Assembly (NCBI GenBank): GCA_965644315.1
Contig: CBFFRQ010000214.1
Span: 12,166-76,165, forward strand
DNA from: Caecitellus pseudoparvulus
Taxonomy: Eukaryota; Protista; Bigyra: Bicosoecida
Length of the DNA: 64,000 bases
Direction of reading: 5' to 3'
This document shows positions 1 to 15,000 of the stretch, piece after piece. How positions within the stretch are numbered: the stretch's first letter is position 1; each line of letters begins with the position of its first letter. The notes beneath the pieces are model-generated. The model was not told where the DNA came from and ran no database searches. It worked only from the letters and a program-made list of their open reading frames with translations. A program made the translations under genes and the position numbers.

Positions 1-3000
1 TGCCAGTGCTCAGCACCAGCGACCCCGACACACCCGTGCCCACAGCGTTGGCACTGCGCACCACCACTGCACCAGTGCTGGACACCGCACCACTCCCGCT
101 CACCACACTCACCACACCGCCCACACTGCCACCAGCAGTGCTGGCGCCAGCTGACACGTACAGGTGCCCGCCGTCGCCCTGGTCAGTGGCGCCCACAGTC
201 ATGGACATGCTGCCGGCGACCCCCGATGTGGCGGCCCCCGTGGCCATGTGCAGGTACCCGGCGTCGCCCGTGAGCGCGGTGCCAGTGCTCAGCACCATGG
301 CGCCGCTGTCGCCCGATGTCGACCCGCCCGACGCCAGTGTGACGGCCCCGCTGCTGCCCGACTGTGTCGTGCCAGTGCTCAGCACCATGGCGCCGCTGTC
401 GCCCGATGTCGACCCGCCCGACGCCAGTGTCACGGCCCCGCTGCTGCCCGACTGTGTCGTGCCAGTGCTCAGCACCAGCGACCCCGACACACCCGTGCCC
501 ACAGCGTTGGCACTGCGCACCACCACTGCACCAGTGCTGGACACCGCACCACTCCCGCTCACCACACTCACCACACCGCCCACACTGCCACCAGCAGTGC
601 TGGCGCCAGCTGACACGTACAGGTGCCCGCCGTCGCCCTGGTCAGTGCCGCCCACAGTCATGGACATGCTGCCGGCGACCCCCGATGTGGCGGCCCCCGT
701 GGCCATGTGCAGGTACCCGGCGTCGCCCGTGAGCGCGGTGCCAGTGCTCAGCACCATGGCGCCGCTGTCGCCCGATGTCGACCCGCCCGACGCCAGTGTC
801 ACGGCCCCGCTGCTGCCCGACTGTGTCGTGCCAGTGCTCAGCACCAGCGACCCCGACACACCCGTGCCCACAGCGTTGGCACTGCGCACCACCACTGCAC
901 CAGTGCTGGACACCGCACCACTCCCGCTCACCACACTCACCACACCGCCCACACTGCCACCAGCAGTGCTGGCGCCAGCTGACACGTACAGGTGCCCGCC
1001 GTCGCCCTGGTCAGTGCCGCCCACAGTCATGGACATGCTGCCGGCGGCCCCCGATGTGGCGGCCCCCGTGGCCATGTGCAGGTACCCGGCGTCGCCCGTG
1101 AGCGCGGTGCCAGTGCTCAGCACCATGGCGCCGCTGTCGCCCGATGTCGACCCGCCCGACGCCAGTGTCACGGCCCCGCTGCTGCCCGACTGTGTCGTGC
1201 CAGTGCTCAGCACCATGGCGCCGCTGTCGCCCGATGTCGACCCGCCCGACGCCAGTGTCACGGCCCCGCTGCTGCCCGACTGTGTCGTGCCAGTGCTCAG
1301 CACCAGCGACCCCGACACACCCGTGCCCACAGCGTTGGCACTGCGCACCACCACTGCACCAGTGCTGGACACCGCACCACTCCCGCTCACCACACTCACC
1401 ACACCGCCCACACTGCCACCAGCAGTGCTGGCGCCAGCTGACACGTACAGGTGCCCGCCGTCGCCCTGGTCAGTGGCGCCCACAGTCATGGACATGCTGC
1501 CGGCGGCCCCCGATGTGGCGGCCCCCGTGGCCATGTGCAGGTACCCGGCGTCGCCCGTGAGCGCGGTGCCAGTGCTCAGCACCATGGCGCCGCTGTCGCC
1601 CGATGTCGACCCGCCCGACGCCAGTGTGACGGCCCCGCTGCTGCCCGACTGTGTCGTGCCAGTGCTCAGCACCATGGCGCCGCTGTCGCCCGATGTCGAC
1701 CCGCCCGACGCCAGTGTCACGGCCCCGCTGCTGCCCGACTGTGTCGTGCCAGTGCTCAGCACCAGCGACCCCGACACGCCCGTGCCCACAGCGTTGGCAC
1801 TGCGCACCACCACTGCACCAGTGCTGGACACCGCACCACTCCCGCTCACCACACTCACCACACCGCCCACACTGCCACCAGCAGTGCTGGCGCCAGCTGA
1901 CACGTACAGGTGCCCGCCGTCGCCCTGGTCAGTGGCGCCCACAGTCATGGACATGCTGCCGGCGGCCCCCGATGTGGCGGCCCCCGTGGCCATGTGCAGG
2001 TACCCGGCGTCGCCCGTGAGCGCGGTGCCAGTGCTCAGCACCATGGCGCCGCTGTCGCCCGATGTCGACCCGCCCGACGCCAGTGTCACGGCCCCGCTGC
2101 TGCCCGACTGTGTCGTGCCAGTGCTCAGCACCATGGCGCCGCTGTCGCCCGATGTCGACCCGCCCGACGCCAGTGTCACGGCCCCGCTGCTGCCCGACTG
2201 TGTCGTGCCAGTGCTCAGCACCAGCGACCCCGACACACCCGTGCCCACAGCGTTGGCACTGCGCACCACCACTGCACCAGTGCTGGACACCGCACCACTC
2301 CCGCTCACCACACTCACCACACCGCCCACACTGCCACCAGCAGTGCTGGCGCCAGCTGACACGTACAGGTGCCCGCCGTCGCCCTGGTCAGTGGCGCCCA
2401 CAGTCATGGACATGCTGCCGGCGGCCCCCGATGTGGCGGCCCCCGTGGCCATGTGCAGGTACCCGGCGTCGCCCGTGAGCGCGGTGCCAGTGCTCAGCAC
2501 CATGGCGCCGCTGTCGCCCGATGTCGACCCGCCCGACGCCAGTGTCACGGCCCCGCTGCTGCCCGACTGTGTCGTGCCAGTGCTCAGCACCAGCGACCCC
2601 GACACGCCCGTGCCCACAGCGTTGGCACTGCGCACCACCACTGCACCAGTGCTGGACACCGCACCACTCCCGCTCACCACACTCACCACACCGCCCACAC
2701 TGCCACCAGCAGTGCTGGCGCCAGCTGACACGTACACGTGCCCGCCGTCGCCCTGGTCAGTGGCGCCCACAGTCATGGACATGCTGCCGGCGACCCCCGA
2801 TGTGGCGGCCCCCGTGGCCATGTGCAGGTACCCGGCGTCGCCCGTGAGCGCGGTGCCAGTGCTCAGCACCATGGCGCCGCTGTCGCCCGATGTCGACCCG
2901 CCCGACGCCAGTGTGACGGCCCCGCTGCTGCCCGACTGTGTCGTGCCAGTGCTCAGCACCATGGCGCCGCTGTCGCCCGATGTCGACCCGCCCGACGCCA

Positions 3001-6000
3001 GTGTCACGGCCCCGCTGCTGCCCGACTGTGTCGTGCCAGTGCTCAGCACCAGCGACCCCGACACACCCGTGCCCACAGCGTTGGCACTGCGCACCACCAC
3101 TGCACCAGTGCTGGACACCGCACCACTCCCGCTCACCACACTCACCACACCGCCCACACTGCCACCAGCAGTGCTGGCGCCAGCTGACACGTACAGGTGC
3201 CCGCCGTCGCCCTGGTCAGTGCCGCCCACAGTCATGGACATGCTGCCGGCGGCCCCCGATGTGGCGGCCCCCGTGGCCATGTGCAGGTACCCGGCGTCGC
3301 CCGTGAGCGCGGTGCCAGTGCTCAGCACCATGGCGCCGCTGTCGCCCGATGTCGACCCGCCCGACGCCAGTGTCACGGCCCCGCTGCTGCCCGACTGTGT
3401 CGTGCCAGTGCTCAGCACCATGGCGCCGCTGTCGCCCGATGTCGACCCGCCCGACGCCAGTGTCACGGCCCCGCTGCTGCCCGACTGTGTCGTGCCAGTG
3501 CTCAGCACCAGCGACCCCGACACACCCGTGCCCACAGCGTTGGCACTGCGCACCACCACTGCACCAGTGCTGGACACCGCACCACTCCCGCTCACCACAC
3601 TCACCACACCGCCCACACTGCCACCAGCAGTGCTGGCGCCAGCTGACACGTACACGTGCCCGCCGTCGCCCTGGTCAGTGCCGCCCACAGTCATGGACAT
3701 GCTGCCGGCGGCCCCCGATGTGGCGGCCCCCGTGGCCATGTGCAGGTACCCGGCGTCGCCCGTGAGCGCGGTGCCAGTGCTCAGCACCATGGCGCCGCTG
3801 TCGCCCGATGTCGACCCGCCCGACGCCAGTGTCACGGCCCCGCTGCTGCCCGACTGTGTCGTGCCAGTGCTCAGCACCATGGCGCCGCTGTCGCCCGATG
3901 TCGACCCGCCCGACGCCAGTGTCACGGCCCCGCTGCTGCCCGACTGTGTCGTGCCAGTGCTCAGCACCAGCGACCCCGACACACCCGTGCCCACAGCGTT
4001 GGCACTGCGCACCACCACTGCACCAGTGCTGGACACCGCACCACTCCCGCTCACCACACTCACCACACCGCCCACACTGCCACCAGCAGTGCTGGCGCCA
4101 GCTGACACGTACAGGTGCCCGCCGTCGCCCTGGTCAGTGCCGCCCACAGTCATGGACATGCTGCCGGCGGCCCCCGATGTGGCGGCCCCCGTGGCCATGT
4201 GCAGGTACCCGGCGTCGCCCGTGAGCGCGGTGCCAGTGCTCAGCACCATGGCGCCGCTGTCGCCCGATGTCGACCCGCCCGACGCCAGTGTCACGGCCCC
4301 GCTGCTGCCCGACTGTGTCGTGCCAGTGCTCAGCACCAGCGACCCCGACACGCCCGTGCCCACAGCGTTGGCACTGCGCACCACCACTGCACCAGTGCTG
4401 GACACCGCACCACTCCCGCTCACCACACTCACCACACCGCCCACACTGCCACCAGCAGTGCTGGCGCCAGCTGACACGTACAGGTGCCCGCCGTCGCCCT
4501 GGTCAGTGCCGCCCACAGTCATGGACATGCTGCCGGCGGCCCCCGATGTGGCGGCCCCCGTGGCCATGTGCAGGTACCCGGCGTCGCCCGTGAGCGCGGT
4601 GCCAGTGCTCAGCACCATGGCGCCGCTGTCGCCCGATGTCGACCCGCCCGACGCCAGTGTGACGGCCCCGCTGCTGCCCGACTGTGTCGTGCCAGTGCTC
4701 AGCACCATGGCGCCGCTGTCGCCCGATGTCGACCCGCCCGACGCCAGTGTCACGGCCCCGCTGCTGCCCGACTGTGTCGTGCCAGTGCTCAGCACCAGCG
4801 ACCCCGACACACCCGTGCCCACAGCGTTGGCACTGCGCACCACCACTGCACCAGTGCTGGACACCGCACCACTCCCGCTCACCACACTCACCACACCGCC
4901 CACACTGCCACCAGCAGTGCTGGCGCCAGCTGACACGTACAGGTGCCCGCCGTCGCCCTGGTCAGTGCCGCCCACAGTCATGGACATGCTGCCGGCGGCC
5001 CCCGATGTGGCGGCCCCCGTGGCCATGTGCAGGTACCCGGCGTCGCCCGTGAGCGCGGTGCCAGTGCTCAGCACCATGGCGCCGCTGTCGCCCGATGTCG
5101 ACCCGCCCGACGCCAGTGTCACGGCCCCGCTGCTGCCCGACTGTGTCGTGCCAGTGCTCAGCACCATGGCGCCGCTGTCGCCCGATGTCGACCCGCCCGA
5201 CGCCAGTGTCACGGCCCCGCTGCTGCCCGACTGTGTCGTGCCAGTGCTCAGCACCAGCGACCCCGACACGCCCGTGCCCACAGCGTTGGCACTGCGCACC
5301 ACCACTGCACCAGTGCTGGACACCGCACCACTCCCGCTCACCACACTCACCACACCGCCCACACTGCCACCAGCAGTGCTGGCGCCAGCTGACACGTACA
5401 GGTGCCCGCCGTCGCCCTGGTCAGTGCCGCCCACAGTCATGGACATGCTGCCGGCGACCCCCGATGTGGCGGCCCCCGTGGCCATGTGCAGGTACCCGGC
5501 GTCGCCCGTGAGCGCGGTGCCAGTGCTCAGCACCATGGCGCCGCTGTCGCCCGATGTCGACCCGCCCGACGCCAGTGTCACGGCCCCGCTGCTGCCCGAC
5601 TGTGTCGTGCCAGTGCTCAGCACCAGCGACCCCGACACACCCGTGCCCACAGCGTTGGCACTGCGCACCACCACTGCACCAGTGCTGGACACCGCACCAC
5701 TCCCGCTCACCACACTCACCACACCCCCCACACTGCCACCAGCAGTGCTGGCGCCAGCTGACACGTACAGGTGCCCGCCGTCGCCCTGGTCAGTGGCGCC
5801 CACAGTCATGGACATGCTGCCGGCGGCCCCCGATGTGGCGGCCCCCGTGGCCATGTGCAGGTACCCGGCGTCGCCCGTGAGCGCGGTGCCAGTGCTCAGC
5901 ACCATGGCGCCGCTGTCGCCCGATGTCGACCCGCCCGACGCCAGTGTCACGGCCCCGCTGCTGCCCGACTGTGTCGTGCCAGTGCTCAGCACCATGGCGC

Positions 6001-9000
6001 CGCTGTCGCCCGATGTCGACCCGCCCGACGCCAGTGTCACGGCCCCGCTGCTGCCCGACTGTGTCGTGCCAGTGCTCAGCACCAGCGACCCCGACACACC
6101 CGTGCCCACAGCGTTGGCACTGCGCACCACCACTGCACCAGTGCTGGACACCGCACCACTCCCGCTCACCACACTCACCACACCGCCCACACTGCCACCA
6201 GCAGTGCTGGCGCCAGCTGACACGTACAGGTGCCCGCCGTCGCCCTGGTCAGTGCCGCCCACAGTCATGGACATGCTGCCGGCGACCCCCGATGTGGCGG
6301 CCCCCGTGGCCATGTGCAGGTACCCGGCGTCGCCCGTGAGCGCGGTGCCAGTGCTCAGCACCATGGCGCCGCTGTCGCCCGATGTCGACCCGCCCGACGC
6401 CAGTGTCACGGCCCCGCTGCTGCCCGACTGTGTCGTGCCAGTGCTCAGCACCAGCGACCCCGACACGCCTGTGCCCACAGCGTTGGCACTGCGCACCACC
6501 ACTGCACCAGTGCTGGACACCGCACCACTCCCGCTCACCACACTCACCACACCGCCCACACTGCCACCAGCAGTGCTGGCGCCAGCTGACACATACAGGT
6601 GCCCGCCGTCGCCCTGGTCAGTGGCGCCCACAGTCATGGACATGCTGCCGGCGACCCCCGATGTGGCGGCCCCCGTGGCCATGTGCAGGTACCCGGCGTC
6701 GCCCGTGAGCGCGGTGCCAGTGCTCAGCACCATGGCGCCGCTGTCGCCCGATGTCGACCCGCCCGACGCCAGTGTCACGGCCCCGCTGCTGCCCGACTGT
6801 GTCGTGCCAGTGCTCAGCACCATGGCGCCGCTGTCGCCCGATGTCGACCCGCCCGACGCCAGTGTCACGGCCCCGCTGCTGCCCGACTGTGTCGTGCCAG
6901 TGCTCAGCACCAGCGACCCCGACACACCCGTGCCCACAGCGTTGGCACTGCGCACCACCACTGCACCAGTGCTGGACACCGCACCACTCCCGCTCACCAC
7001 ACTCACCACACCGCCCACACTGCCACCAGCAGTGCTGGCGCCAGCTGACACGTACAGGTGCCCGCCGTCGCCCTGGTCAGTGGCGCCCACAGTCATGGAC
7101 ATGCTGCCGGCGACCCCCGATGTGGCGGCCCCCGTGGCCATGTGCAGGTACCCGGCGTCGCCCGTGAGCGCGGTGCCAGTGCTCAGCACCATGGCGCCGC
7201 TGTCGCCCGATGTCGACCCGCCCGACGCCAGTGTGACGGCCCCGCTGCTGCCCGACTGTGTCGTGCCAGTGCTCAGCACCATGGCGCCGCTGTCGCCCGA
7301 TGTCGACCCGCCCGACGCCAGTGTCACGGCCCCGCTGCTGCCCGACTGTGTCGTGCCAGTGCTCAGCACCAGCAACCCCGACACACCTGTGCCCACAGCG
7401 TTGGCACTGCGCACCACCACTGCACCTGTGCTGGACACCGCACCACTCCCGCTCACCACACTCACCACACCGCCCACACTGCCACCAGCAGTGCTGGCGC
7501 CAGCTGACACATACAGGTGCCCGCCGTCGCCCTGGTCAGTGGCGCCCACAGTCATGGACATGCTGCCGGCGACCCCCGATGTGGCGGCCCCCGTGGCCAT
7601 GTGCAGGTACCCGGCGTCGCCCGTGAGCGCGGTGCCAGTGCTCAGCACCATGGCGCCGCTGTCGCCCGATGTCGACCCGCCCGACGCCAGTGTCACGGCC
7701 CCGCTGCTGCCCGACTGTGTCGTGCCAGTGCTCAGCACCAGCGACCCCGACACGCCTGTGCCCACAGCGTTGGCACTGCGCACCACCACTGCACCTGTGC
7801 TGGACACCGCACCACTCCCGCTCACCACACTCACCACACCGCCCACACTGCCACCAGCAGTGCTGGCGCCAGCTGACACGTACACGTGCCCGCCGTCGCC
7901 CTGGTCAGTGCCGCCCACAGTCATGGACATGCTGCCGGCGGCCCCCGATGTGGCGGCCCCCGTGGCCATGTGCAGGTACCCGGCGTCGCCCGTGAGCGCG
8001 GTGCCAGTGCTCAGCACCATGGCGCCGCTGTCGCCCGATGTCGACCCGCCCGACGCCAGTGTCACGGCCCCGCTGCTGCCCGACTGTGTCGTGCCAGTGC
8101 TCAGCACCATGGCGCCGCTGTCGCCCGATGTCGACCCGCCCGACGCCAGTGTCACGGCCCCGCTGCTGCCCGACTGTGTCGTGCCAGTGCTCAGCACCAG
8201 CGACCCCGACACACCCGTGCCCACAGCGTTGGCACTGCGCACCACCACTGCACCAGTGCTGGACACCGCACCACTCCCGCTCACCACACTCACCACACCG
8301 CCCACACTGCCACCAGCAGTGCTGGCGCCAGCTGACACGTACAGGTGCCCGCCGTCGCCCTGGTCAGTGGCGCCCACAGTCATGGACATGCTGCCGGCGA
8401 CCCCCGATGTGGCGGCCCCCGTGGCCATGTGCAGGTACCCGGCGTCGCCCGTGAGCGCGGTGCCAGTGCTCAGCACCATGGCGCCGCTGTCGCCCGATGT
8501 CGACCCGCCCGACGCCAGTGTCACGGCCCCGCTGCTGCCCGACTGTGTCGTGCCAGTGCTCAGCACCATGGCGCCGCTGTCGCCCGATGTCGACCCGCCC
8601 GACGCCAGTGTCACGGCCCCGCTGCTGCCCGACTGTGTCGTGCCAGTGCTCAGCACCAGCGACCCCGACACACCCGTGCCCACAGCGTTGGCACTGCGCA
8701 CCACCACTGCACCTGTGCTGGACACCGCACCACTCCCGCTCACCACACTCACCACACCGCCCACACTGCCACCAGCAGTGCTGGCGCCAGCTGACACATA
8801 CAGGTGCCCGCCGTCGCCCTGGTCAGTGGCGCCCACAGTCATGGACATGCTGCCGGCGGCCCCCGATGTGGCGGCCCCCGTGGCCATGTGCAGGTACCCG
8901 GCGTCGCCCGTGAGCGCGGTGCCAGTGCTCAGCACCATGGCGCCGCTGTCGCCCGATGTCGACCCGCCCGACGCCAGTGTCACGGCCCCGCTGCTGCCCG

Positions 9001-12000
9001 ACTGTGTCGTGCCAGTGCTCAGCACCATGGCGCCGCTGTCGCCCGATGTCGACCCGCCCGACGCCAGTGTCACGGCCCCGCTGCTGCCCGACTGTGTCGT
9101 GCCAGTGCTCAGCACCAGCGACCCCGACACGCCCGTGCCCACAGCGTTGGCACTGCGCACCACCACTGCACCAGTGCTGGACACCGCACCACTCCCGCTC
9201 ACCACACTCACCACACCGCCCACACTGCCACCAGCAGTGCTGGCGCCAGCTGACACATACAGGTGCCCGCCGTCGCCCTGGTCAGTGGCGCCCACAGTCA
9301 TGGACATGCTGCCGGCGACCCCCGATGTGGCGGCCCCCGTGGCCATGTGCAGGTACCCGGCGTCGCCCGTGAGCGCGGTGCCAGTGCTCAGCACCATGGC
9401 GCCGCTGTCGCCCGATGTCGACCCGCCCGACGCCAGTGTCACGGCCCCGCTGCTGCCCGACTGTGTCGTGCCAGTGCTCAGCACCAGCGACCCCGACACA
9501 CCCGTGCCCACAGCGTTGGCACTGCGCACCACCACTGCACCTGTGCTGGACACCGCACCACTCCCGCTCACCACACTCACCACACCGCCCACACTGCCAC
9601 CAGCAGTGCTGGCGCCAGCTGACACGTACACGTGCCCGCCGTCGCCCTGGTCAGTGGCGCCCACAGTCATGGACATGCTGCCGGCGATTCCATGATTTGA
9701 TGATCCTGTTGAGATTAGGACATGCCCCGATGATCCTGAAAATGATCGTCCAGTCCCGAGATTAACAGCTCCAGAGTTGCCATTTGAGCTACGGCCAGTT
9801 TCAAGACCAAGTGACCCTGAGTCTCCGTGCTCAGTTCTTCCAGATTTGATCTCCACGGCACCAGTGTCACCTGACACTGACAGTCCAGACCCAAGTGAAA
9901 CATGGCCAGATGCTCCATTCGTCGATGTTCCAGTATGCATCATCATCTTTCCAGAGGATCCCGAAAGAATAGCATTCGCGCTACGCACCACCACTGCACC
10001 AGTGCTGGACACCGCACCACTCCCGCTCACCACACTCACCACACCGCCCACACTGCCACCAGCAGTGCTGGCGCCAGCTGACACGTACAGGTGCCCGCCG
10101 TCGCCCTGGTCAGTGGCGCCCACAGTCATGGACATGCTGCCGGCGACCCCCGATGTGGCGGCCCCCGTGGCCATGTGCAGGTACCCGGCGTCGCCCGTGA
10201 GCGCGGTGCCAGTGCTCAGCACCATGGCGCCGCTGTCGCCCGATGTCGACCCGCCCGACGCCAGTGTCACGGCCCCGCTGCTGCCCGACTGTGTCGTGCC
10301 AGTGCTCAGCACCATGGCGCCGCTGTCGCCCGATGTCGACCCGCCCGACGCCAGTGTCACGGCCCCGCTGCTGCCCGACTGTGTCGTGCCAGTGCTCAGC
10401 ACCAGCGACCCCGACACACCCGTGCCCACAGCGTTGGCACTGCGCACCACCACTGCACCAGTGCTGGACACCGCACCACTCCCGCTCACCACACTCACCA
10501 CACCGCCCACACTGCCACCAGCAGTGCTGGCGCCAGCTGACACGTACACGTGCCCGCCGTCGCCCTGGTCAGTGCCGCCCACAGTCATGGACATGCTGCC
10601 GGCGGCCCCCGATGTGGCGGCCCCCGTGGCCATGTGCAGGTACCCGGCGTCGCCCGTGAGCGCGGTGCCAGTGCTCAGCACCATGGCGCCGCTGTCGCCC
10701 GATGTCGACCCGCCCGACGCCAGTGTCACGGCCCCGCTGCTGCCCGACTGTGTCGTGCCAGTGCTCAGCACCATGGCGCCGCTGTCGCCCGATGTCGACC
10801 CGCCCGACGCCAGTGTCACGGCCCCGCTGCTGCCCGACTGTGTCGTGCCAGTGCTCAGCACCAGCGACCCCGACACGCCCGTGCCCACAGCGTTGGCACT
10901 GCGCACCACCACTGCACCAGTGCTGGACACCGCACCACTCCCGCTCACCACACTCACCACACCGCCCACACTGCCACCAGCAGTGCTGGCGCCAGCTGAC
11001 ACGTACAGGTGCCCGCCGTCGCCCTGGTCAGTGGCGCCCACAGTCATGGACATGCTGCCGGCGGCCCCCGATGTGGCGGCCCCCGTGGCCATGTGCAGGT
11101 ACCCGGCGTCGCCCGTGAGCGCGGTGCCAGTGCTCAGCACCATGGCGCCGCTGTCGCCCGATGTCGACCCGCCCGACGCCAGTGTCACGGCCCCGCTGCT
11201 GCCCGACTGTGTCGTGCCAGTGCTCAGCACCATGGCGCCGCTGTCGCCCGATGTCGACCCGCCCGACGCCAGTGTCACGGCCCCGCTGCTGCCCGACTGT
11301 GTCGTGCCAGTGCTCAGCACCAGCGACCCCGACACACCCGTGCCCACAGCGTTGGCACTGCGCACCACCACTGCACCAGTGCTGGACACCGCACCACTCC
11401 CGCTCACCACACTCACCACACCGCCCACACTGCCACCAGCAGTGCTGGCGCCAGCTGACACGTACAGGTGCCCGCCGTCGCCCTGGTCAGTGCCGCCCAC
11501 AGTCATGGACATGCTGCCGGCGGCCCCCGATGTGGCGGCCCCCGTGGCCATGTGCAGGTACCCGGCGTCGCCCGTGAGCGCGGTGCCAGTGCTCAGCACC
11601 ATGGCGCCGCTGTCGCCCGATGTCGACCCGCCCGACGCCAGTGTCACGGCCCCGCTGCTGCCCGACTGTGTCGTGCCAGTGCTCAGCACCATGGCGCCGC
11701 TGTCGCCCGATGTCGACCCGCCCGACGCCAGTGTCACGGCCCCGCTGCTGCCCGACTGTGTCGTGCCAGTGCTCAGCACCAGCGACCCCGACACACCCGT
11801 GCCCACAGCGTTGGCACTGCGCACCACCACTGCACCAGTGCTGGACACCGCACCACTCCCGCTCACCACACTCACCACACCGCCCACACTGCCACCAGCA
11901 GTGCTGGCGCCAGCTGACACGTACAGGTGCCCGCCGTCGCCCTGGTCAGTGCCGCCCACAGTCATGGACATGCTGCCGGCGACCCCCGATGTGGCGGCCC

Positions 12001-15000
12001 CCGTGGCCATGTGCAGGTACCCGGCGTCGCCCGTGAGCGCGGTGCCAGTGCTCAGCACCATGGCGCCGCTGTCGCCCGATGTCGACCCGCCCGACGCCAG
12101 TGTCACGGCCCCGCTGCTGCCCGACTGTGTCGTGCCAGTGCTCAGCACCAGCGACCCCGACACACCCGTGCCCACAGCGTTGGCACTGCGCACCACCACT
12201 GCACCAGTGCTGGACACCGCACCACTCCCGCTCACCACACTCACCACACCGCCCACACTGCCACCAGCAGTGCTGGCGCCAGCTGACACGTACAGGTGCC
12301 CGCCGTCGCCCTGGTCAGTGCCGCCCACAGTCATGGACATGCTGCCGGCGACCCCCGATGTGGCGGCCCCCGTGGCCATGTGCAGGTACCCGGCGTCGCC
12401 CGTGAGCGCGGTGCCAGTGCTCAGCACCATGGCGCCGCTGTCGCCCGATGTCGACCCGCCCGACGCCAGTGTGACGGCCCCGCTGCTGCCCGACTGTGTC
12501 GTGCCAGTGCTCAGCACCATGGCGCCGCTGTCGCCCGATGTCGACCCGCCCGACGCCAGTGTCACGGCCCCGCTGCTGCCCGACTGTGTCGTGCCAGTGC
12601 TCAGCACCAGCGACCCCGACACACCCGTGCCCACAGCGTTGGCACTGCGCACCACCACTGCACCAGTGCTGGACACCGCACCACTCCCGCTCACCACACT
12701 CACCACACCGCCCACACTGCCACCAGCAGTGCTGGCGCCAGCTGACACGTACAGGTGCCCGCCGTCGCCCTGGTCAGTGGCGCCCACAGTCATGGACATG
12801 CTGCCGGCGACCCCCGATGTGGCGGCCCCCGTGGCCATGTGCAGGTACCCGGCGTCGCCCGTGAGCGCGGTGCCAGTGCTCAGCACCATGGCGCCGCTGT
12901 CGCCCGATGTCGACCCGCCCGACGCCAGTGTCACGGCCCCGCTGCTGCCCGACTGTGTCGTGCCAGTGCTCAGCACCATGGCGCCGCTGTCGCCCGATGT
13001 CGACCCGCCCGACGCCAGTGTCACGGCCCCGCTGCTGCCCGACTGTGTCGTGCCAGTGCTCAGCACCAGCGACCCCGACACACCCGTGCCCACAGCGTTG
13101 GCACTGCGCACCACCACTGCACCAGTGCTGGACACCGCACCACTCCCGCTCACCACACTCACCACACCGCCCACACTGCCACCAGCAGTGCTGGCGCCAG
13201 CTGACACGTACAGGTGCCCGCCGTCGCCCTGGTCAGTGCCGCCCACAGTCATGGACATGCTGCCGGCGACCCCCGATGTGGCGGCCCCCGTGGCCATGTG
13301 CAGGTACCCGGCGTCGCCCGTGAGCGCGGTGCCAGTGCTCAGCACCATGGCGCCGCTGTCGCCCGATGTCGACCCGCCCGACGCCAGTGTGACGGCCCCG
13401 CTGCTGCCCGACTGTGTCGTGCCAGTGCTCAGCACCAGCGACCCCGACACGCCCGTGCCCACAGCGTTGGCACTGCGCACCACCACTGCACCAGTGCTGG
13501 ACACCGCACCACTCCCGCTCACCACACTCACCACACCGCCCACACTGCCACCAGCAGTGCTGGCGCCAGCTGACACGTACAGGTGCCCGCCGTCGCCCTG
13601 GTCAGTGCCGCCCACAGTCATGGACATGCTGCCGGCGGCCCCCGATGTGGCGGCCCCCGTGGCCATGTGCAGGTACCCGGCGTCGCCCGTGAGCGCGGTG
13701 CCAGTGCTCAGCACCATGGCGCCGCTGTCGCCCGATGTCGACCCGCCCGACGCCAGTGTCACGGCCCCGCTGCTGCCCGACTGTGTCGTGCCAGTGCTCA
13801 GCACCATGGCGCCGCTGTCGCCCGATGTCGACCCGCCCGACGCCAGTGTCACGGCCCCGCTGCTGCCCGACTGTGTCGTGCCAGTGCTCAGCACCAGCGA
13901 CCCCGACACACCCGTGCCCACAGCGTTGGCACTGCGCACCACCACTGCACCAGTGCTGGACACCGCACCACTCCCGCTCACCACACTCACCACACCGCCC
14001 ACACTGCCACCAGCAGTGCTGGCGCCAGCTGACACGTACAGGTGCCCGCCGTCGCCCTGGTCAGTGGCGCCCACAGTCATGGACATGCTGCCGGCGGCCC
14101 CCGATGTGGCGGCCCCCGTGGCCATGTGCAGGTACCCGGCGTCGCCCGTGAGCGCGGTGCCAGTGCTCAGCACCATGGCGCCGCTGTCGCCCGATGTCGA
14201 CCCGCCCGACGCCAGTGTCACGGCCCCGCTGCTGCCCGACTGTGTCGTGCCAGTGCTCAGCACCATGGCGCCGCTGTCGCCCGATGTCGACCCGCCCGAC
14301 GCCAGTGTCACGGCCCCGCTGCTGCCCGACTGTGTCGTGCCAGTGCTCAGCACCAGCGACCCCGACACACCCGTGCCCACAGCGTTGGCACTGCGCACCA
14401 CCACTGCACCAGTGCTGGACACCGCACCACTCCCGCTCACCACACTCACCACACCGCCCACACTGCCACCAGCAGTGCTGGCGCCAGCTGACACGTACAC
14501 GTGCCCGCCGTCGCCCTGGTCAGTGCCGCCCACAGTCATGGACATGCTGCCGGCGGCCCCCGATGTGGCGGCCCCCGTGGCCATGTGCAGGTACCCGGCG
14601 TCGCCCGTGAGCGCGGTGCCAGTGCTCAGCACCATGGCGCCGCTGTCGCCCGATGTCGACCCGCCCGACGCCAGTGTCACGGCCCCGCTGCTGCCCGACT
14701 GTGTCGTGCCAGTGCTCAGCACCAGCGACCCCGACACACCCGTGCCCACAGCGTTGGCACTGCGCACCACCACTGCACCAGTGCTGGACACCGCACCACT
14801 CCCGCTCACCACACTCACCACACCGCCCACACTGCCACCAGCAGTGCTGGCGCCAGCTGACACGTACACGTGCCCGCCGTCGCCCTGGTCAGTGGCGCCC
14901 ACAGTCATGGACATGCTGCCGGCGACCCCCGATGTGGCGGCCCCCGTGGCCATGTGCAGGTACCCGGCGTCGCCCGTGAGCGCGGTGCCAGTGCTCAGCA

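Noticed and set aside
9688-9984. Intron or mobile insertion (also 16775-16880 and 45477-46356)
   Set aside because: These are in-frame replacements that preserve length and motif, with no target-site duplications or terminal repeats seen.
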